Source: Proteromonas lacertae (taxonomy: Eukaryota). Taken from it: a stretch of DNA of 64,000 nucleotides. The notes below the pieces were generated by a model. The model worked only from the letters and a program-made list of their open reading frames with translations, had not been told where the DNA came from and did not search any database. The position numbers and the translations under genes were made by a program. The DNA lies in contig NGBS01000300.1 of assembly GCA_002245135.1 (NCBI GenBank), positions 1 to 64,000 on the forward strand, given 5' to 3'. Below are positions 13,701-26,841 of the stretch, one piece after another. Numbering within the stretch: position 1 is the stretch's first letter; every line of letters starts with the position of its first letter.

Positions 13701-14087
13701 GTGAATTAGAATCTATCGAAGCTTATGGAAGATGCAATTTGATTGGATGGAATGAATAACTGTAATGTGTTTTTTAGATTCTAAATCACGTTTTCAAGAA
13801 TAATAATGGTATAACGAGGAAGAGCACATCAAGATAATAATTTCTATTATATTTTTGGTATGAATATTATTAAATCATACATTTGTGAACAATCATTTGC
13901 GGAACACCTTATTAAAATGAATTTATGGTTGATCTTATTATTTTTGATATGTAATCATAAGAATTATTGTTTATTGAGTAATCTAGTTAGGAAAAAAACA
14001 TGAGAATAAAAAAAATGAAAACTAAAAACGACTCTATTTTTCAAATAATAAAGTTTGGCTTGTTTTTCTAAAAATTTGTTGTACAAA

Positions 14088-15622
14088 ATGCAAAACCGTC
14101 ACAACATTTATATAAAGTGTATATTTTAACTCTATATATTATAGATGAACATATAGCGCTTGATTTTACCAATCCAGGCCATATTGCTCTCTATCCCTTC
14201 ATTAATTTTGAGGTATTTAGCAGTGTATTTAACTCCAATGGGTATAAAGGAGAAGGTGATCATTATGATTTTGATGAAATTTCTTTTGAATCAGATAAGA
14301 CCACGTACGATATATTAACAACTGATATCAACATAGTTTTATTCACTGGAGCATCTAAAAAGTTGGATAACCCATTGGAGATAGGGAGAGTAACAATACC
14401 ATTACTTAACTTTATGGCTGGTCCTCCAAGATTCCAAATCCCTTTAGAAGATGATTATAACATCGAAAACATTGTCTTGTCGTTTGACTGTGCTAGTGAC
14501 AGTAATAATGAACTTGAATTAGAATTCTCTGAATTATCCTGTTATTGTGTAGCAAAATACGAAGATTACACTTTAAAATTATCATCGACTCAAGTAGATA
14601 GCGCTACACCTGAAGTAGTATGTTCCGTAAACGAAGATAGAGATAAATTGTATTGGTTAGATCTACCTCCAATATCATCCTATTACACTCACGATTCTTA
14701 TTTTTCTGAAAAAATAAAGATAGAAATCTTCACAAAAGCAGGAGGATTTACTAATAAGAATCCATTTGGTAGAGGAACTATTGAATTATTACCAATTTTA
14801 TTAGATATTAGAAACTATGGAAAAGTTACATCAACAGCTAGAATTGTATTTAACGATGGAACTGGTAAATCAACTGAGTTTAATTTTACATTGAAAGTAA
14901 AGAATCCAGTATTATTCCAACAATTATATGACGGTTATTATAATGGATATGATGTAGTAGATTCAACTGAAACTTTACCACTTTATGTAATTCCAATTCC
15001 ACCTCATCCTGATGTTAGAATTATATTTGATAATACTCCTGAGAAAGTAACACTGGTGGATAGTGTATATGATATATATAAACAAAGAAAAAACTTTTGG
15101 TTAGAAAAGGAAGATTCTGTTGGAAAATATTATACGAATATTATTGATAATAAGAATTATAGAATCAGAGGAAGTAGTCATTTCTTTAAAGTTACCTATT
15201 GTGGATACAGACCATTAGGTCTGAAATTGAGTTGTAAAACAGGCATATGTGTTGTGGAAGATACTGTTCCTGATTCTATTGCTGATGTATTGGGTTGTTT
15301 TATTCCACAACAAGTGGTTTTGTCTGTAAATGATAATGATACAACAGGTTTAACAATTGAAAAAGTTACTGAATTGGTTAAACAGTATTATACTCAATTA
15401 GAATTGTTAATATTTGATCCTTACTGTATTCCAGCATATGTATAATTTTCTTTCATTCATTTTTTATTTAATAGACATTACTTTATCCTGAAGGTTATAG
15501 CATTGGTAGTTTGAGTAATTTAAAGCAAAAAGTGGATGAAGGATTTATTCTTACTGGTAATACTTACAAGAGAGATGTTAGTCAAATGGAGAACAATGAA
15601 TCAACTACTGAGACAAAAGGTA

Positions 15623-15653
<31 letters not shown>

Positions 15654-16449
15654 GTATTAAATAGTGTTTATCTATCGTTGTCCTGAATGTAATGGATATG
15701 GCCAATTGAATGAAAAAGCTGAAGAAATTGTATGTCCAAGTTGTGAAGAAACATTTGCATGGAATGACGATTATATATTAAGTGATGAAGAAGTCAAGAA
15801 ATTATTTGGACAATCGCCAACTGATAATAATGAAGAGGAGAATAATAATAATAATAATAACAGCGATAATGAAGAAAAACCAAAAGGAAATGCAAGTGAT
15901 AGTGATGATGAAAAGCCAAAGCCAAAACAACAAGATTCTGATGAAGAAGATAATGATAAACCAAAACAACAAAGTGATGATGAAAAACCTGCTTCAGTTG
16001 AAGAAGTACAATTGAAAGAAGATAATAATAGTAACAATAATATTAATGAAAATGAAGAAAAACATAAAAAGCACAAGAAGCATCACAAGAAGGATAAAGG
16101 TGAAAAAACAGAAGAAACTGTAGAAGAAGAAAAACCTAAAGAAAAAGAGGAAGATGAAAAACCAAAAGAAGAACCAAGTAATAATAATAACAATGAAAAT
16201 GAAGAACAACCCAAAAAACATAAGAAACACCATAAGAAAGATAAAGGTGAAAAAGTGGACGAAAAACCTAAAGAGGAAGAAAAACCAAAAGAAAAAGAAG
16301 AAGAAGAAACTGTTCAATTACCTTCATCAGGTAAAGTGAAAGTTAAGTGCCCAGATTGTGGAGAAATTATAGTATTTGATGAAAAGCCAGACTATCTTGA
16401 TTGTAACTGTGGTACTTCAGTTGAAGTTCAAGATAGTATGATAGTATAA
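14088..16449 (+). CDS. Multidomain protein: C2-like region, PDZ-like domain, two CxxC zinc ribbons, charged low-complexity linker
   Basis: PLGLKL...VEDTVPDSIAD...VLSVND PDZ-like; CPEC/CPSC and CPDC/CNC; ORFs 14117-15445 and 15664-16449 joined through micro-introns. Confidence 0.6.
16045..16310 (+). repeat. Internal coding duplication (NENEE..KKHKKHHKKDKGEK..EEEKPKEKEE) x2
   Basis: Two near-identical peptide/nucleotide units about 145 nt apart. Confidence 0.75.
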
Positions 16450-16630
16450 ACATTTTATGCATTATATAATATTATATATATATATTCAAATCTTACATTT
16501 AATTATCATATAAATATTTACACTTGTTGTTTGAGGATAAGCATTATTTAAACAAAAACAGTAATTTAACAAAAAAAGATTCGTTTCTTGAATCAGTTTT
16601 TTTAAAAAGTATTAAAAATAGTGTTATTAA

Positions 16631-17718
16631 ATGGTTGATTTTAACGCTGGAACGGCTATCGGTTATTCTATAATAGTTTTGATAGGAATAGCCATATTAG
16701 TATATTTGATTAACCTATCATTTTACAGTTTATACTATGGACTGTTTATAAAAGTCTTAGAATAGTGACTACATCAACAGAAGTTGTGGTAGAACGGTTT
16801 GGGAAATATTTGAAAACTGTATATTTGTTTTTTATATAATGAGTAGTGTACTGAAGGAATAAACATTATCATACCGTTTGTTGATGAAGTTAGAAAAATC
16901 AGATGGAAGAAGGCTATAGTATTTTTTATTCCTTTATTTATTCCGATAAATAGCCACTTCAAGATGGATCTGTTCGTTATGTATATGAATATAAAGATCA
17001 TGTAGATCTTCGTGAAACAGTTTTAGATTTAAGAAATCAGCCTACCATCACAAGAGATAATGTCTTAATCAATATTCAACCTTTACTTCGTTATAAAGTG
17101 AATAATTCAGCCCGTTTAGCTTATGAAACATCTGATGTTATAAATTCAGTACAAAAAATAGTTCAAACATCCTTAAGAGCTATTGTAGGTGAAATGGGCT
17201 TAGATGATACTTTAGCTTCTCGTGAAGAGATTCAAAAACAAATGATGTCTAAGATTGAAGGTGTTTGTAACAATTGGGGAATTACTGTATTGGGATTAGA
17301 ATTATTGGAAATTTCCACAACTGATGATATTCAAAGATCAATGAATCAAATGATAGTTTCTGAAAGAAAGAGAAGAACAATGAAAGTAAAAGCAGATGGT
17401 AGAGCCGAAGCTATGAAATTAGAAGCAGAAGGTAGATGCACAGCAATTAAGACAAATTCTCAAGGTGAAGCTGAAAGTGAGAAGATTATTGCATTAGCTC
17501 AATCCCAAGCCAAGTTAATGATTGCAGAATCTGAAGCACAATCTGTGAAAATAATGAAAGAAGCATTAAGTGAATATGACGTTAATCCAGCTCAATATTT
17601 GGTAGCTTTGAAGTATTTAGAAGCACTTCAAGAGATTATAATATATGCTAGTGAAACTACTATCTATATGCCAATTGAGACTGATGTTATTGGTGATTTA
17701 AGCACAATTTCTACGTAG
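16631..17718 (+). CDS. SPFH/band-7 (stomatin-like) membrane protein
   Basis: N-terminal TM, VVERFGKY, DLRE, TRDNV, LRAIVGEMGLDDTLASREEI, WGI; 3 phase-0 introns. Confidence 0.9.
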
Positions 17719-17864
17719 TGTTTTATACAATTTAATGAATGGTGTATTAATTATTATTACATACTTTTTATGTAAGTTTCTGTTTATAAATCAAAAAAAA
17801 AATAGCTATTCATAAATTTACATTTATACTTTAAAGTAAATTAAATTAAAATAACACAATATTA

Positions 17865-19166
17865 CTATTTGCTATTTTTATATTCCAAATATGATAGTCT
17901 CTGTAATATTGATTGTATACAAATTTCAATCTTCTCCTCTAAATGATCTCTCAAATGTATCTCTTTATATAGCTGAGATATATTCTCTTCCAGCATTTTA
18001 TTAGTAACATAACTATCAGCTAATTCATTCTCTAATGAATCAATCTTATCTTGAGATAATAGTTGAATTTCATTATTATAATATTCATTATTTTCTAGTT
18101 GTTCTTCCAAATAATAGATGTATTTTTGAGTATTCTTATCAGCCAAATCTGCAAGTTTTTGAATTGATAAAAAGATCCTACTATTATAATCAATAGCCTT
18201 CTTTTCATACAAACTTCTTAATTTTAAATTCTCTTTTCTCAACAATTGTACTTCTGTTTTTAAATCTTTATTCTCAGTCAGTAATTCATTGATATTATAT
18301 CCTTTTAATTTATTCTGTTTTAACATTTCAGTTTCGTGAGTTAAATATACTATCTTTTGATCTAATTTATCAATTGTTTGCTTCTGAGACACTATTACAT
18401 CTTTCAAATAATTCTCAGTTTTATTGTGTAATATATATAATTGATTATATTCCATTTTATCATTATCTTTACTAATATCTTCTCCTTCTTCTTTAATATT
18501 TTGTTGTCTTCTTCTGTCTTTTGTTGGTGAATTATTACCATTTTTCTCTGTTTCTAATTCTTTTGTTTTCATATACAATTGAGAAATAATATTTTCTGCC
18601 ATTTCTAATTTTCTTTCTAATTCTGTTAATTTGGTTGGATTAGGAGGTTCTTCTTGAATTGTTGTATTCTTTGTATTTTGTACAGTTTCTTTGGGAGATG
18701 AAAGTGGAGTTTTATGATGAGAATCTCTGGTTGATGGTCTTGTCGATGAAACAGGAGTAGTAATTGGAGAATCTGATCTGTCTGATTTGTATAATGGAAA
18801 GTTTGATAAGTCAATTTCTTTTTCTTTTGTATTTCGATTTATATCCTCATTGTTATTGACATTTCCATCACTTGAATATTTGTTTACTATTGGTTATATA
18901 ATTGTAATTACAAGGGATTATACATTTAGGAGATGCTTTTACTGAATATGGTGTGTTTAAAGTAGCTTTTTGTTCTATTAAATTGGATTAAAAACAATAC
19001 TCTTTGGAGATATTTGAGTGTTTGTATTTACATTTGGTTTAGTTGGTTGTGCTTTTCTATTATCCATTTTCTTTTTATTCATTATGTCAACAGGTCTTGC
19101 AAGAGTTATTATTTGAGTTGTTCCTGGAACAAATAGTCCAGCAGATACAGAATCGGCTTTTGACAT
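17865..19166 (-). CDS. Hypothetical coiled-coil protein
   Basis: ORFs 18978-19166 and 17865-18602 with P/S-rich linker; heptad-rich C-terminus; exact splicing and frame unresolved. Confidence 0.5.
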
Positions 19167-19289
19167 TATCTAAGAAGTTTATATATGTCTAAAGGTGATA
19201 AATAGCTATTAAAAGTAAATATCGTTTAAAAAAACAAATTTGATAAACTCAAGCTTTTCTATTGGCATTTTGCTGCAAAATAAACGAAA

Positions 19290-20393
19290 ATGGTATATAA
19301 TCAATATGAAAATAACTCATTTTTATTTATAGAGACCAATATTAATGAAAGGACATGAAAGATCAATCACATATCTCAAGATGAACAGAGATGGTGATTT
19401 ACTCTTTAGTTGTGGTAAAGATTCTGTATTTTCAGTATGGAGAAGCTCTGATGGTGTTCGTCTTGGAACTTATGAAGGACACAGTGGTAGTATTTGGTGT
19501 GTTGATATTACTCGTATAGAATAATCCATTTTATATAATATATATAATATATATAGACGATAGTAAATATTTATTCACAGCAAGTGCAGATTCTACAGTC
19601 AGAGTATGGGAAACAGAAACAGGTAAATGCATTAAAGTGTTAAATGTTAAAACACCCTGTAGATACTTAGAATTAGACGAAGGTAATAGAAGATTAGCAG
19701 TAGTAAAAGATACATTTGCAGAACAAAGTGCTCAAATATATATATATGAAATTCCTGAAGATAAAACACAAATATCAGATGAACCAACTATTAAAACAGA
19801 TAATAAAAATAAAGCCGTTAAATACTGTAGTTTATCATGGGGATTTTTGAATAAATATTTAGTGACTGGTGGTTCTGATGGTAGTATATATATATACAAT
19901 CCAGAGAATTTGGAATTAATAAAAACCATTCATATTCATGATGATCGTATTAATTATTTATGTTTCAATGCTGAAAAAACTGTATTTTTAACTGCTTCTT
20001 CTGATAATACATCCAAATTAATAGATGGTGAAACATTTGAAATAATTAAAACATATACATCTGATCGTAATGTTAATGCATGTGCTTTTTCTCCAGATTT
20101 AGAAATTATAGCATTAGGAGGAGGTTTAGAAGCTAGAGATGTTACAGTCACTGCAGCTAATGCAGGTAATTTTGAAGTGCATTTTTTCAATATGGTTAAT
20201 CAAAGCGAATTAGGTAAGGTGAAAGGTCATTTTGGTCCAATCAATGCTTTAGTGTTTAATCCTGATGGTAGAAGCTTTATTAGTGGTGCTGAAGATGGAT
20301 ACTATCAGATTACATTTCTTTGATAATGATTATTTCAGTTTAATTCAAAATCATGAAAATGAATTGAGAGAGATTGTGAAAGCTGGTTGTTAG
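19290..20393 (+). CDS. EIF3I: Translation initiation factor eIF3 subunit I (WD40)
   Basis: ATG-only first coding exon then [33 protein letters not shown]; 1-nt insertion at ~20300 restores [11 protein letters not shown]. Confidence 0.95.
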
Positions 20394-20520
20394 AAATATA
20401 TAATTAAAAATAACAAATAATAATGTATTTTTTTCTGTTAATTATTATTAAATCTATTGAATGTGTATTGTTTTAAGATGAATTGGGAAAAATAATTTAT
20501 ATGTCATTCAGAATTATTCA

Positions 20521-22089
20521 TTACATCTTAATGAGCTTTAATGGTAGTAATTCTTTAGGAATATTGTCAATTTCACCAAAATAAGGTTGAATAATAACAG
20601 CTACTCTTTGTCCAGTATTTATTTTATTCATCAAATGCATCACTTGATCATTTTCTTCAGAATCTAAAAAACCATCATGATAATCCAACTCATTCACATT
20701 CTTTCCTTCTTCTTTACATTCCTCTTCCAACTCAATCTCTTCTTCCTCTTCATTAGAATCAGCTTGCGATAGATCTTCTCCTTCAATATCTTCTTCTCCT
20801 TCTTCATCATCATCTTCGTCAGTTTCTTCAATATCTTCAAATGAATAACCGACATATGGATCACATTTCAATGGACGTCTTGGACCAATTACTTTACTAA
20901 CTCTCTCTTCATCAAAATAACTCATTGTTGGAATTCTATTACCATTTCTTGCTGTTCCAATGATTTGAATTAGTTTATTATTTTTTGAGTGATATACTGA
21001 TTTTTTATTTGTGTTATTTTTTCTTTGCATTTTCATTTTGTTTAGAAAGTGTTTAAACTCTGTTTCTATATCATATTTTTTATTACACAATTCTAAATAT
21101 TTTACTGTTTTTTGATATGCTAAATCTACACTTTTTGAATCATCTTTTACATTAACAACTTCACCTGAATTATTATTATTATTATTATCTTTATTATGAT
21201 TGGTTGAATTATTATTATTATTATTAGTGGATGAAATTTTTACAGTAAAAAATGAAGTGATGGAAGGTAAATTTGATTTTGGCTTTTCTTCTTTTGTTTT
21301 TTCTGATGTTGATGATGATGTTTTTTCATCTTTATCTTTCTTTTCTTTGTCAGCTTTTGCCTTTAATCGCTTTGCTTCTTTTTCTGCTTTTTCCATTGCT
21401 CTTTCCTTCTCTTTTTGTGCTTTATTCTTCTCTTTTATTGATTTTTCTAGTAGTTTGATTCTTCTATTTTTTTCTTTTTCATATTTCTTCTTCGCTCTAT
21501 TCATATCTCTTTCAGCATTTTTCAAAGTTGCATTTGATAGATGTTTCTCTAGTACATATGTGTAAGCTTTTATTGTTCTCATGCACTCCTCCATTAATTG
21601 TCGATATAACTGATCTTCTTCTTTTGTAACGTCTAGTTGGGGTAATTCATTTTTGATTGCTTCTAAATATAAGTTTTCCATTTCTAAACTTGCTGTTTCT
21701 TGTATTACTGGTATTGCTGATGCTGTTGATTTTATAGGAGGAGGAGAAGGAGTTGATGAAGTGGATTTTACTAGAGATGAAGCTGTAGAGGGAAAGAGAG
21801 GTATTGGTATTATATTAGTCTGTGTCTGAGATTGGTCTGTATTTAAATGATTATCAGTTTCTATCACATTATCCGATTTGGCTATAACTTGGACATCTAC
21901 TACATTACTTGGTGATGAAAAAACCTATTACGGTAATATAGAATATATACTTCTTGTTTATCTTCACCTATTTTTATTTTCTTTGATTGATTCTGAGAGT
22001 CGTCATCTTCTAATTTTCTTTTCATAGTCGGCTATAGCAATTAACATTATATTAAATACAGTGGTTGGCTCAGTCTCAATAACTTCCAT
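20521..22089 (-). CDS. CHAF1A: Chromatin assembly factor 1 large subunit (p150/FAS1-like)
   Basis: K/E/R coiled coil followed by PIP-like SITSFF; SKVIGPRRPLKCDP motif, acidic ED stretch and DYHDGFL; 2 introns. Confidence 0.75.
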
Positions 22090-22106
22090 TAACGATATAT
22101 TAGAAT

Positions 22107-22115
22107 GGCGCGAAA
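22107..22115 (-). promoter_or_regulatory. Putative E2F site TTTCGCGCC
   Basis: Matches TTTSSCGC about 18 nt upstream of the CAF-1 p150 ATG in a very GC-poor background. Confidence 0.45.
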
Positions 22116-22202
22116 TATAAATAGTTTGATAAACTCAAATATTTGAGAAACGGGTATAAATTTTGAAACAAATTTTTGTTTTTCTTCATTTTATTGTTAC
22201 AA

Positions 22203-23596
22203 ATGAAGATTCCAGATGTTGGATTACCTGATGTATAAATTATGTCATTATTATAAATTACAGGAAATGAAAATAAAGGTCGAAGAAACAGCACCTTTAC
22301 TAGATAAGTTCATTTTGCTATTAAGACCTCTAATATGTACTATTTTCTTAACTATGTATATAATATATTTGATAATGCATTTATAGAGTTATTGTAACTG
22401 GAGTTCACTCAGAAACTGGAGATCAGGTGTTTTCACAGAGTTTAGCGTATTTAAACATAGTTATATTATGTGAATAGAGCATATTCAGTGTATAATATAG
22501 ATCCATCCTCCGGAACAGGAACAAAAATCTTATATGCTGTTATAAATGCAGTAGTGATAGTAGCCGTAGTGGCAGTTATGACATTCTTCATAGTTTTATT
22601 ATACTATTACAATTGTATAAAAGTGTTATTTGGAATATTAATATTCGCCACATTCACAGCATTATCCTTTTCATCAGGTGCAGTGTTTGAAATATTCTGT
22701 GAAAGTCGACATCTCGCATGGGATTATATAACATATTTCATTATCTTCTATAATCTAGGTGTAGGTGGGTGTATAGCTATATGGTATCAAAAAGGAATTC
22801 CATCAATAATCGTTCATGCATATTTAGTATGGATCAGTGTAGTAGTTGCTTATATGCTTAGTTTCATAGGTGAATGGACTGTATGGGCTCTATTGTCAGT
22901 ATTAGCAATTTGGGACTTAATCGCTGTCTTAACTCCGTGTGGTCCTTTAAAATGGATGATTAAATTATCACAAAATCGTAGAGGACCACTTCCTGGGCTG
23001 ATATATAGTGTTGGTAATACAGATCAATCTCATTTGCCAGTAAGTAGAGAAACTAGAGAACAAGAGGAATTAGAACGTGCTAGAAAATTAGCTGATGATA
23101 ATCCTGCATTACAAGAAACAGTAGCACTTTTACCTCAAGAAGATCCTTTGGAATATTCTAGACCAAATGTGGTGAAAGAAGAAACAGGTCATGGTGATTC
23201 AACCGAGCCTCAACCTTAGCTGAACAAGCTGCAGCAGGTGTAGGTGGTGATTTTGTGTATGATGATGAAGAAGATGAAGAAGAGCCAATGACAATCAGAG
23301 AAATGATAGAAGATGCAAAGCAAAACCCAGCAGGTGCACAGTTAGGTTTAGGTGATTTTATATTCTACAGTGTGTTAATTGCTAAGGCAAGTACAGTAGG
23401 TGCAATACCTATGATTATGTGTACTGTCTGTGTGTTATCTGGATTAGTAATGACTTTGTCTATATTGTTATATACACATAAACCACTTCCTGCTTTGCCA
23501 TTTTCAATGTTATTTGGTGTTGCTGGTTATTTGTACTCTAGATATTGTATGAATGATGCATTGTTGAATTGGTCATTAAAAGGTTATTTTATATAA
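22203..23596 (+). CDS. PSEN: Presenilin (gamma-secretase catalytic subunit)
   Basis: IWDLIAVLTPCGPL, LGLGDFIFYS and PALP motifs, multiple TMs; 3 introns; frame break at ~23217. Confidence 0.93.
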
Positions 23597-23715
23597 ATTT
23601 TAATATCTCTTTTTATTATAATTGTAAATTGTTTATTGCCTTTTTAATTTTCCAACAAAAAAAACTTATAATAATATATAAAAACTTATAATTATGTATA
23701 TATAAAATTTAAAAA

Positions 23716-26700
23716 CTAAAAATCATCCCCATGTTTCAAATCAAACAACATATCCATATATTTCCTTCTTTGTACTAATCCTCTATACCAACTCTGTATT
23801 TTAGTTGCATTTTTCTTTTCTTTCTTTTCACGAGGTGTCATTGTGACTAATCCATCAAAAAATGTTTCTTCTCCACTCATTGTTCTACCTCTATTATTTG
23901 AATCATAATTATTACTTTCCATTTCTATTTTATATAATTTAGAAGCTATTGATCTAGTTAAACTATTAGGTGATTCTAAACCACTGAAAAAAGTTTCACC
24001 TCCATTCAATGGTGAACTTGTCCCACTTTTATTACTGTTATTACTACCATTGTATCTTGGTGGTCTTGAATTAGATGATCTTGTAGAATTTGGTGTATCT
24101 TTTCTATTCTCAATTTTATCTTGAACAGTAACATTCATATTTTTATTATTACTGTTTGAATTATTATTGCTATTTCCACTATTACATGTCTCAGAATCAT
24201 TATCTTCTAAATCAGAATAATCTGGTGAAGTGATTGGACTAACATACATTGTCATATTTTTATCTTCTTCTTCTTCACTGATAGAATCAGGACTTAAATT
24301 AAATATATTATCATAAACAGATTTTGTAGTAGATTTATTATTATTTTTTGCATTTGGATGTTGTAGTAAATTAACAATATCATTATTGACATTGGGAGAT
24401 TTCCTGTTCAAAAATGGGAATGGTGAACTATCAGGTTCTGCTGAATCAGATACAGGTGAAGAATCACCACTAATTGGTTTTTTACGTTTATTCAATTTTC
24501 TTGATATAGTTGGTGGAGATTTTAAACTTAATTTAGTTTTTCTCTTACTCTTTCCTTCTTTTGATTTTGTATTATTTCCATCTTCTTCATCTTTATTGAA
24601 TAGTAACTGAGGTGGTGGTAATTCTTCACTTTCTTTTTCTTCTTTCTTATCATTATTACTATTCTCATTACAATCTGGTGCATTTGGAGGAAATACTAAC
24701 ATATTATCATCACTACAGCTTCTTTCCATAAACTCCATTTTTAATTTTGATTTCTGATTTGTTTTGCTTTTACCATTCTTTGGTTCTTCAAATTTCAGTG
24801 AACTAGATCTCTCAAAACCTTTTGAACCTTTTTTACTCAAATCAAATACTTTTTTATTATCATTATTCAATTTCTTTTTAGTTGTAATTGATGATGTTTG
24901 TGGTGATGTCTTTAATGAATTAGGAATTGATTTTTGTTTTTGAGATGATGGTTCTTCTGTAGGAAATGTCACATTTGATAATGAACTTTTACTTGGTTTT
25001 AATGTTTTCTTCAGTGTTGTTTTGGGTGTACATCTAGGTGTAGCATCAGGTGTTTTTAAATCAGGTGTTTCTGTTAATTGAACCAACTGTAATTCGACTT
25101 TTGTATATTTTCTTTCAAGTTTATCATACTTCATTTGCAGTTCTTTTAAGGCTTTTGATTCAGCTAAATATTTATTGTCTGCTGTTAACATTGATGATGA
25201 ACTTTTCGAATTTCCTGATTTCTGGTTTGTTAAAACATCAATCTTTTGTTTATACAATTGTTCTTTATATTTCATACTGTTTACTTTTTGTTCCAATTGT
25301 TTGATTTCTTCATTCAATTTCTCATTTGTTTTCTTTAATTCAAACATCTTTTTATCAATATGTTCTTTATCAGTTTTTGTGTCAGTAAATACTGAATTTT
25401 TCATTTCTATTTGATATTTTAAACTCTTTATTGTTGCATCTGCATTTGATATATCTATCTCTTTAGCTTGAAGTTCTGATTTGGATTTTTTCAGTTCTTC
25501 ATTCATTCTTTTAATTTCACTTTTTAATGAACTTATCTCATCACTTAATTTCTTATTTGTAACATTATTAGCTTCAATTTCAATATATTTCTTAGGAATT
25601 GATAGATCCATTGGAGTTGCTAATGATGCATAATTCAAAGTAGCTATAGTCTCATTACTAGTTACATTCTGAACATGAAACATAATAATTATCTTTGAAT
25701 CATGATTTAAATACTCTTTTAATAATAAAGTAATTTTATTACTTCTATGCGGTACGAATTTTTCATTATTTTTCAATGCTCTTAATACATCTTTTATTGA
25801 TTGTAATGACGATTGGACATATTTATTCTTACTATCACTATTAGCTAAATAAACAAAACATAATTTCCCTGTTACTTTTATACCAACATCTGTAACTCTT
25901 TTGATGGTTATTAATATTATTTTATGGGAATCTTTTGATGTGGATGAAGAAATTATTGTTTTATATGTTGAGATAAAATCAGTAAAATGTTCAATTACTT
26001 TTGATTCATTTCCTGTTATTTGAATATTACTGGAAGATTCAGACACTGTGATTTTAGTATGTTTTGGAGATTGTAAATCATACAAATCATCATTTACCAT
26101 TTCATATATTGACAATGATATTTCAAATGATTTATCTTTACTGCAATTACTTTTATAATTCATCAAGTATTCCATTGTCATTTGAATTATTCCGACATTA
26201 TTATTATTATGATTATCATCACATCCATTTAGTGTACAAGTCTTTCCAGTATCTTTTGAACCGTATAATAGCATACATATCCTATATCCATCAACTACTG
26301 ATGCTAAAACTGGTTCATTAAACTGAAAAACTGATAGTTGAGAATGTGAAGGTGAAAAACAATAGTCAAAATGGTATGGCTTGAGTGATTCTCGATAGTC
26401 TTTAGCTGATACACTTCCTTCATCATATATTTGTATAGGATTAATCTGCGATGAGGTTGATGAAGAAGATGCAGCAGGTATTACTCTAAGTTCACTTATG
26501 ATACATCCTTGATTGTTTTGTAATGTGGATAATAGTTTGGAATATTTAATAAATAAGGTATTATACTTAAGGCTCTGCAAAAGAAGAGAAGATTCAACTG
26601 ATTTGGAAAATGTTTCTAAAGTCTGGGAATATTGTTTTAACATTTCTTGTGTCTTTTTCTTTATAGGAGATAATGGAAGTCCTTTCTCTGGTAGTGACAA

Positions 26701-26841
26701 TTTTCTGTAATCTGTTACTGTTTTAGTATGTGTCATACTTAATTCTTGGTATTTTTCCCATTGGTCTTTCGTCATATTTATTAACTGGTAGTAGTTGTTA
26801 ATTTTATCTTCAGATAAACATTGAGTGTCTGAGTGGTTCAT
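23716..26841 (-). CDS. Divergent kinesin (kinesin-14-like motor) with coiled coil and C-terminal IQ motif
   Basis: YHFDYCF, SVVDGYRICMLLYGSKDTGKT, FVPHRSNKITLLLKEYL, ETIATLNYA; IQSWYRGLVQRR; intronless. Confidence 0.8.
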   Translation of the reverse strand: MNHSDTQCLSEDKINNYYQLINMTKDQWEKYQELSMTHTKTVTDYRKLSLPEKGLPLSPIKKKTQEMLKQYSQTLETFSKSVESSLLLQSLKYNTLFIKYSKLLSTLQNNQGCIISELRVIPAASSSSTSSQINPIQIYDEGSVSAKDYRESLKPYHFDYCFSPSHSQLSVFQFNEPVLASVVDGYRICMLLYGSKDTGKTCTLNGCDDNHNNNNVGIIQMTMEYLMNYKSNCSKDKSFEISLSIYEMVNDDLYDLQSPKHTKITVSESSSNIQITGNESKVIEHFTDFISTYKTIISSSTSKDSHKIILITIKRVTDVGIKVTGKLCFVYLANSDSKNKYVQSSLQSIKDVLRALKNNEKFVPHRSNKITLLLKEYLNHDSKIIIMFHVQNVTSNETIATLNYASLATPMDLSIPKKYIEIEANNVTNKKLSDEISSLKSEIKRMNEELKKSKSELQAKEIDISNADATIKSLKYQIEMKNSVFTDTKTDKEHIDKKMFELKKTNEKLNEEIKQLEQKVNSMKYKEQLYKQKIDVLTNQKSGNSKSSSSMLTADNKYLAESKALKELQMKYDKLERKYTKVELQLVQLTETPDLKTPDATPRCTPKTTLKKTLKPSKSSLSNVTFPTEEPSSQKQKSIPNSLKTSPQTSSITTKKKLNNDNKKVFDLSKKGSKGFERSSSLKFEEPKNGKSKTNQKSKLKMEFMERSCSDDNMLVFPPNAPDCNENSNNDKKEEKESEELPPPQLLFNKDEEDGNNTKSKEGKSKRKTKLSLKSPPTISRKLNKRKKPISGDSSPVSDSAEPDSSPFPFLNRKSPNVNNDIVNLLQHPNAKNNNKSTTKSVYDNIFNLSPDSISEEEEDKNMTMYVSPITSPDYSDLEDNDSETCNSGNSNNNSNSNNKNMNVTVQDKIENRKDTPNSTRSSNSRPPRYNGSNNSNKSGTSSPLNGGETFFSGLESPNSLTRSIASKLYKIEMESNNYDSNNRGRTMSGEETFFDGLVTMTPREKKEKKNATKIQSWYRGLVQRRKYMDMLFDLKHGDDF

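Noticed and set aside
23188..23219. Atypical GC-rich GT-AG intron repairing the presenilin frame
   Set aside because: Frame-compatible (26 or 32 nt) but lacks the GTAT donor and AT-richness of the other introns; a missing T in CCT TTA GCT is simpler. Needs RNA data
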